59,336 nt of DNA from Mesotaenium endlicherianum (lineage: Eukaryota): positions 126,447-185,782 of the forward strand of contig WELA01002751.1 in NCBI GenBank assembly GCA_009602735.1, read 5' to 3'. Below the pieces are notes generated by a model. It was not told the origin of the DNA, ran no database searches, and worked only from the letters and a program-made list of their open reading frames with translations. The translations under genes and the position numbers were made by a program. This document shows, piece after piece, positions 58,411 through 59,336 of the stretch; position 1 is the first letter of the stretch; each line of letters starts with the position of its first letter.

Positions 58411-59089
58411 GTAAGTACCCCGCATGCTTTTGCGAGCGTGAGTGCTCATTCAGGCATGCTGCATGTCCCATCTGACTGCCTGGGGGATTTTACAGGGCAG
58501 GAAAGGTGAGGACCAAGGGTTCGGGGTTTAGGCAGGGGCCTGGTTGCATCTGGCAATGTCGCTCTCATTAGGTGGTATTTGCTGCACTGAACACTTCAAG
58601 CCAAGGTGCACACATGACCTTGATATAGTGCTTCGTATAGCATATATGCATGTCACACGTTGCAAAGGGGGTGTCCTTGAAGGAGAAGTTGGACCTCATG
58701 CTTCTAGCTGCCGGAGACAGCGGCCTCTGGACATAAGGGAGACGGGTTATTAATATTAAGGAGGTCAACGAGAGTGAATGGCAAGAATGCATTTAACCTT
58801 TCATCTTAATGCTTCCTGCTAGCAAGGACAATTTGAAATAACAGCCCTGAAGTTTTTAAGCTGTCATGTGTACAGATTGAGGAAATCAAATTGAGTATCT
58901 CGCTCTTCAGAGTAAGCATAAGTGATGAACTGTTGAACCCAAGCTAGGAAGAGCATGGGCGCTATTGGGGAAGTTAACAAGAGCAGAAAGTAAAGAGAGG
59001 AAAGGCGTGAGGACTAGAATGAAAAGAGAAACAGAAGAGGCTTGCGATGAAAGGCAGTGTTGTTAGCAATTTTCAGACCCAGAAGGTCG

Positions 59090-59336
59090 CCTCTTTCTCC
59101 TCCTCCCCCTTCCTCCTCCCTCACCTCGCTCCCTCTCCCTTTCCGTCTCCCTTCTTTCTCTGTTCTTCCTCCTTTCACTCCCTCCCTCCCACAGCCCCCC
59201 CCTCCCCCCCGCTCTCCCTTCCACCCTCTCTCCCTCCCTCTCTCTTCCTCTTCCTCTCCCTCCTCCTTTCTCCTCTTCTGCCCTCTGCCTTTCCCCCGTT
59301 TTCTCGGCTCCCCCCTTGCGCCACTTCTCCCGCGGC
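59090..59336 (+). repeat. Polypyrimidine (C/T) low-complexity tract
   Basis: About 240 bp almost entirely C/T, probably intronic. Confidence 0.85.

Noticed and set aside
58517..58535. gggttcggggtttagg telomere-like motif
   Set aside because: Only one or two degenerate units, as expected by chance.

Overview
Intron-rich eukaryotic nuclear DNA from a green plant. The plant-type F-box Tubby and GTG genes together with a retained BK/Slo K+ channel suggest a streptophyte alga or other non-angiosperm (inference). Eight protein genes can be reconstructed by hand from GT/GC-AG splicing: F-box Tubby-like (+, 2163-4445), LSM4 (-, 9255 to at least 7284), GTG1/GPR89 (+, 10035-16232), a ucpB/UCP-like mitochondrial carrier (-, 19912-16863), ATG7 (+, 21384-27599), a long atypical RSL/VIII-like bHLH transcription factor (-, 31289 to about 28316; its bHLH exons are too short to appear in the ORF track), a BK/Slo-family K+ channel (-, 53933-42581), and the first exon of a LARGE/GXYLT-like GT8 glycosyltransferase (+, from 57835). 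The gene-free block at about 32.5-42.1 kb is the most unusual part. It holds a 6.84-kb foldback-type element (33779-40618) with ~800-bp terminal inverted repeats, CA...TG ends and an exact 7-bp target-site duplication, which are P/Galileo-like hallmarks. Inside it is an array of a 0.4-0.7 kb repeat in both orientations that brackets decayed coding fragments. Two copies of a hAT-type MITE with 8-bp TSDs lie at 33238-33545 and 56529-57051, and a probable LINE ORF1 relic lies at about 40.8-42.1 kb. There are four assembly gaps. No rRNA, tRNA or CRISPR was found.
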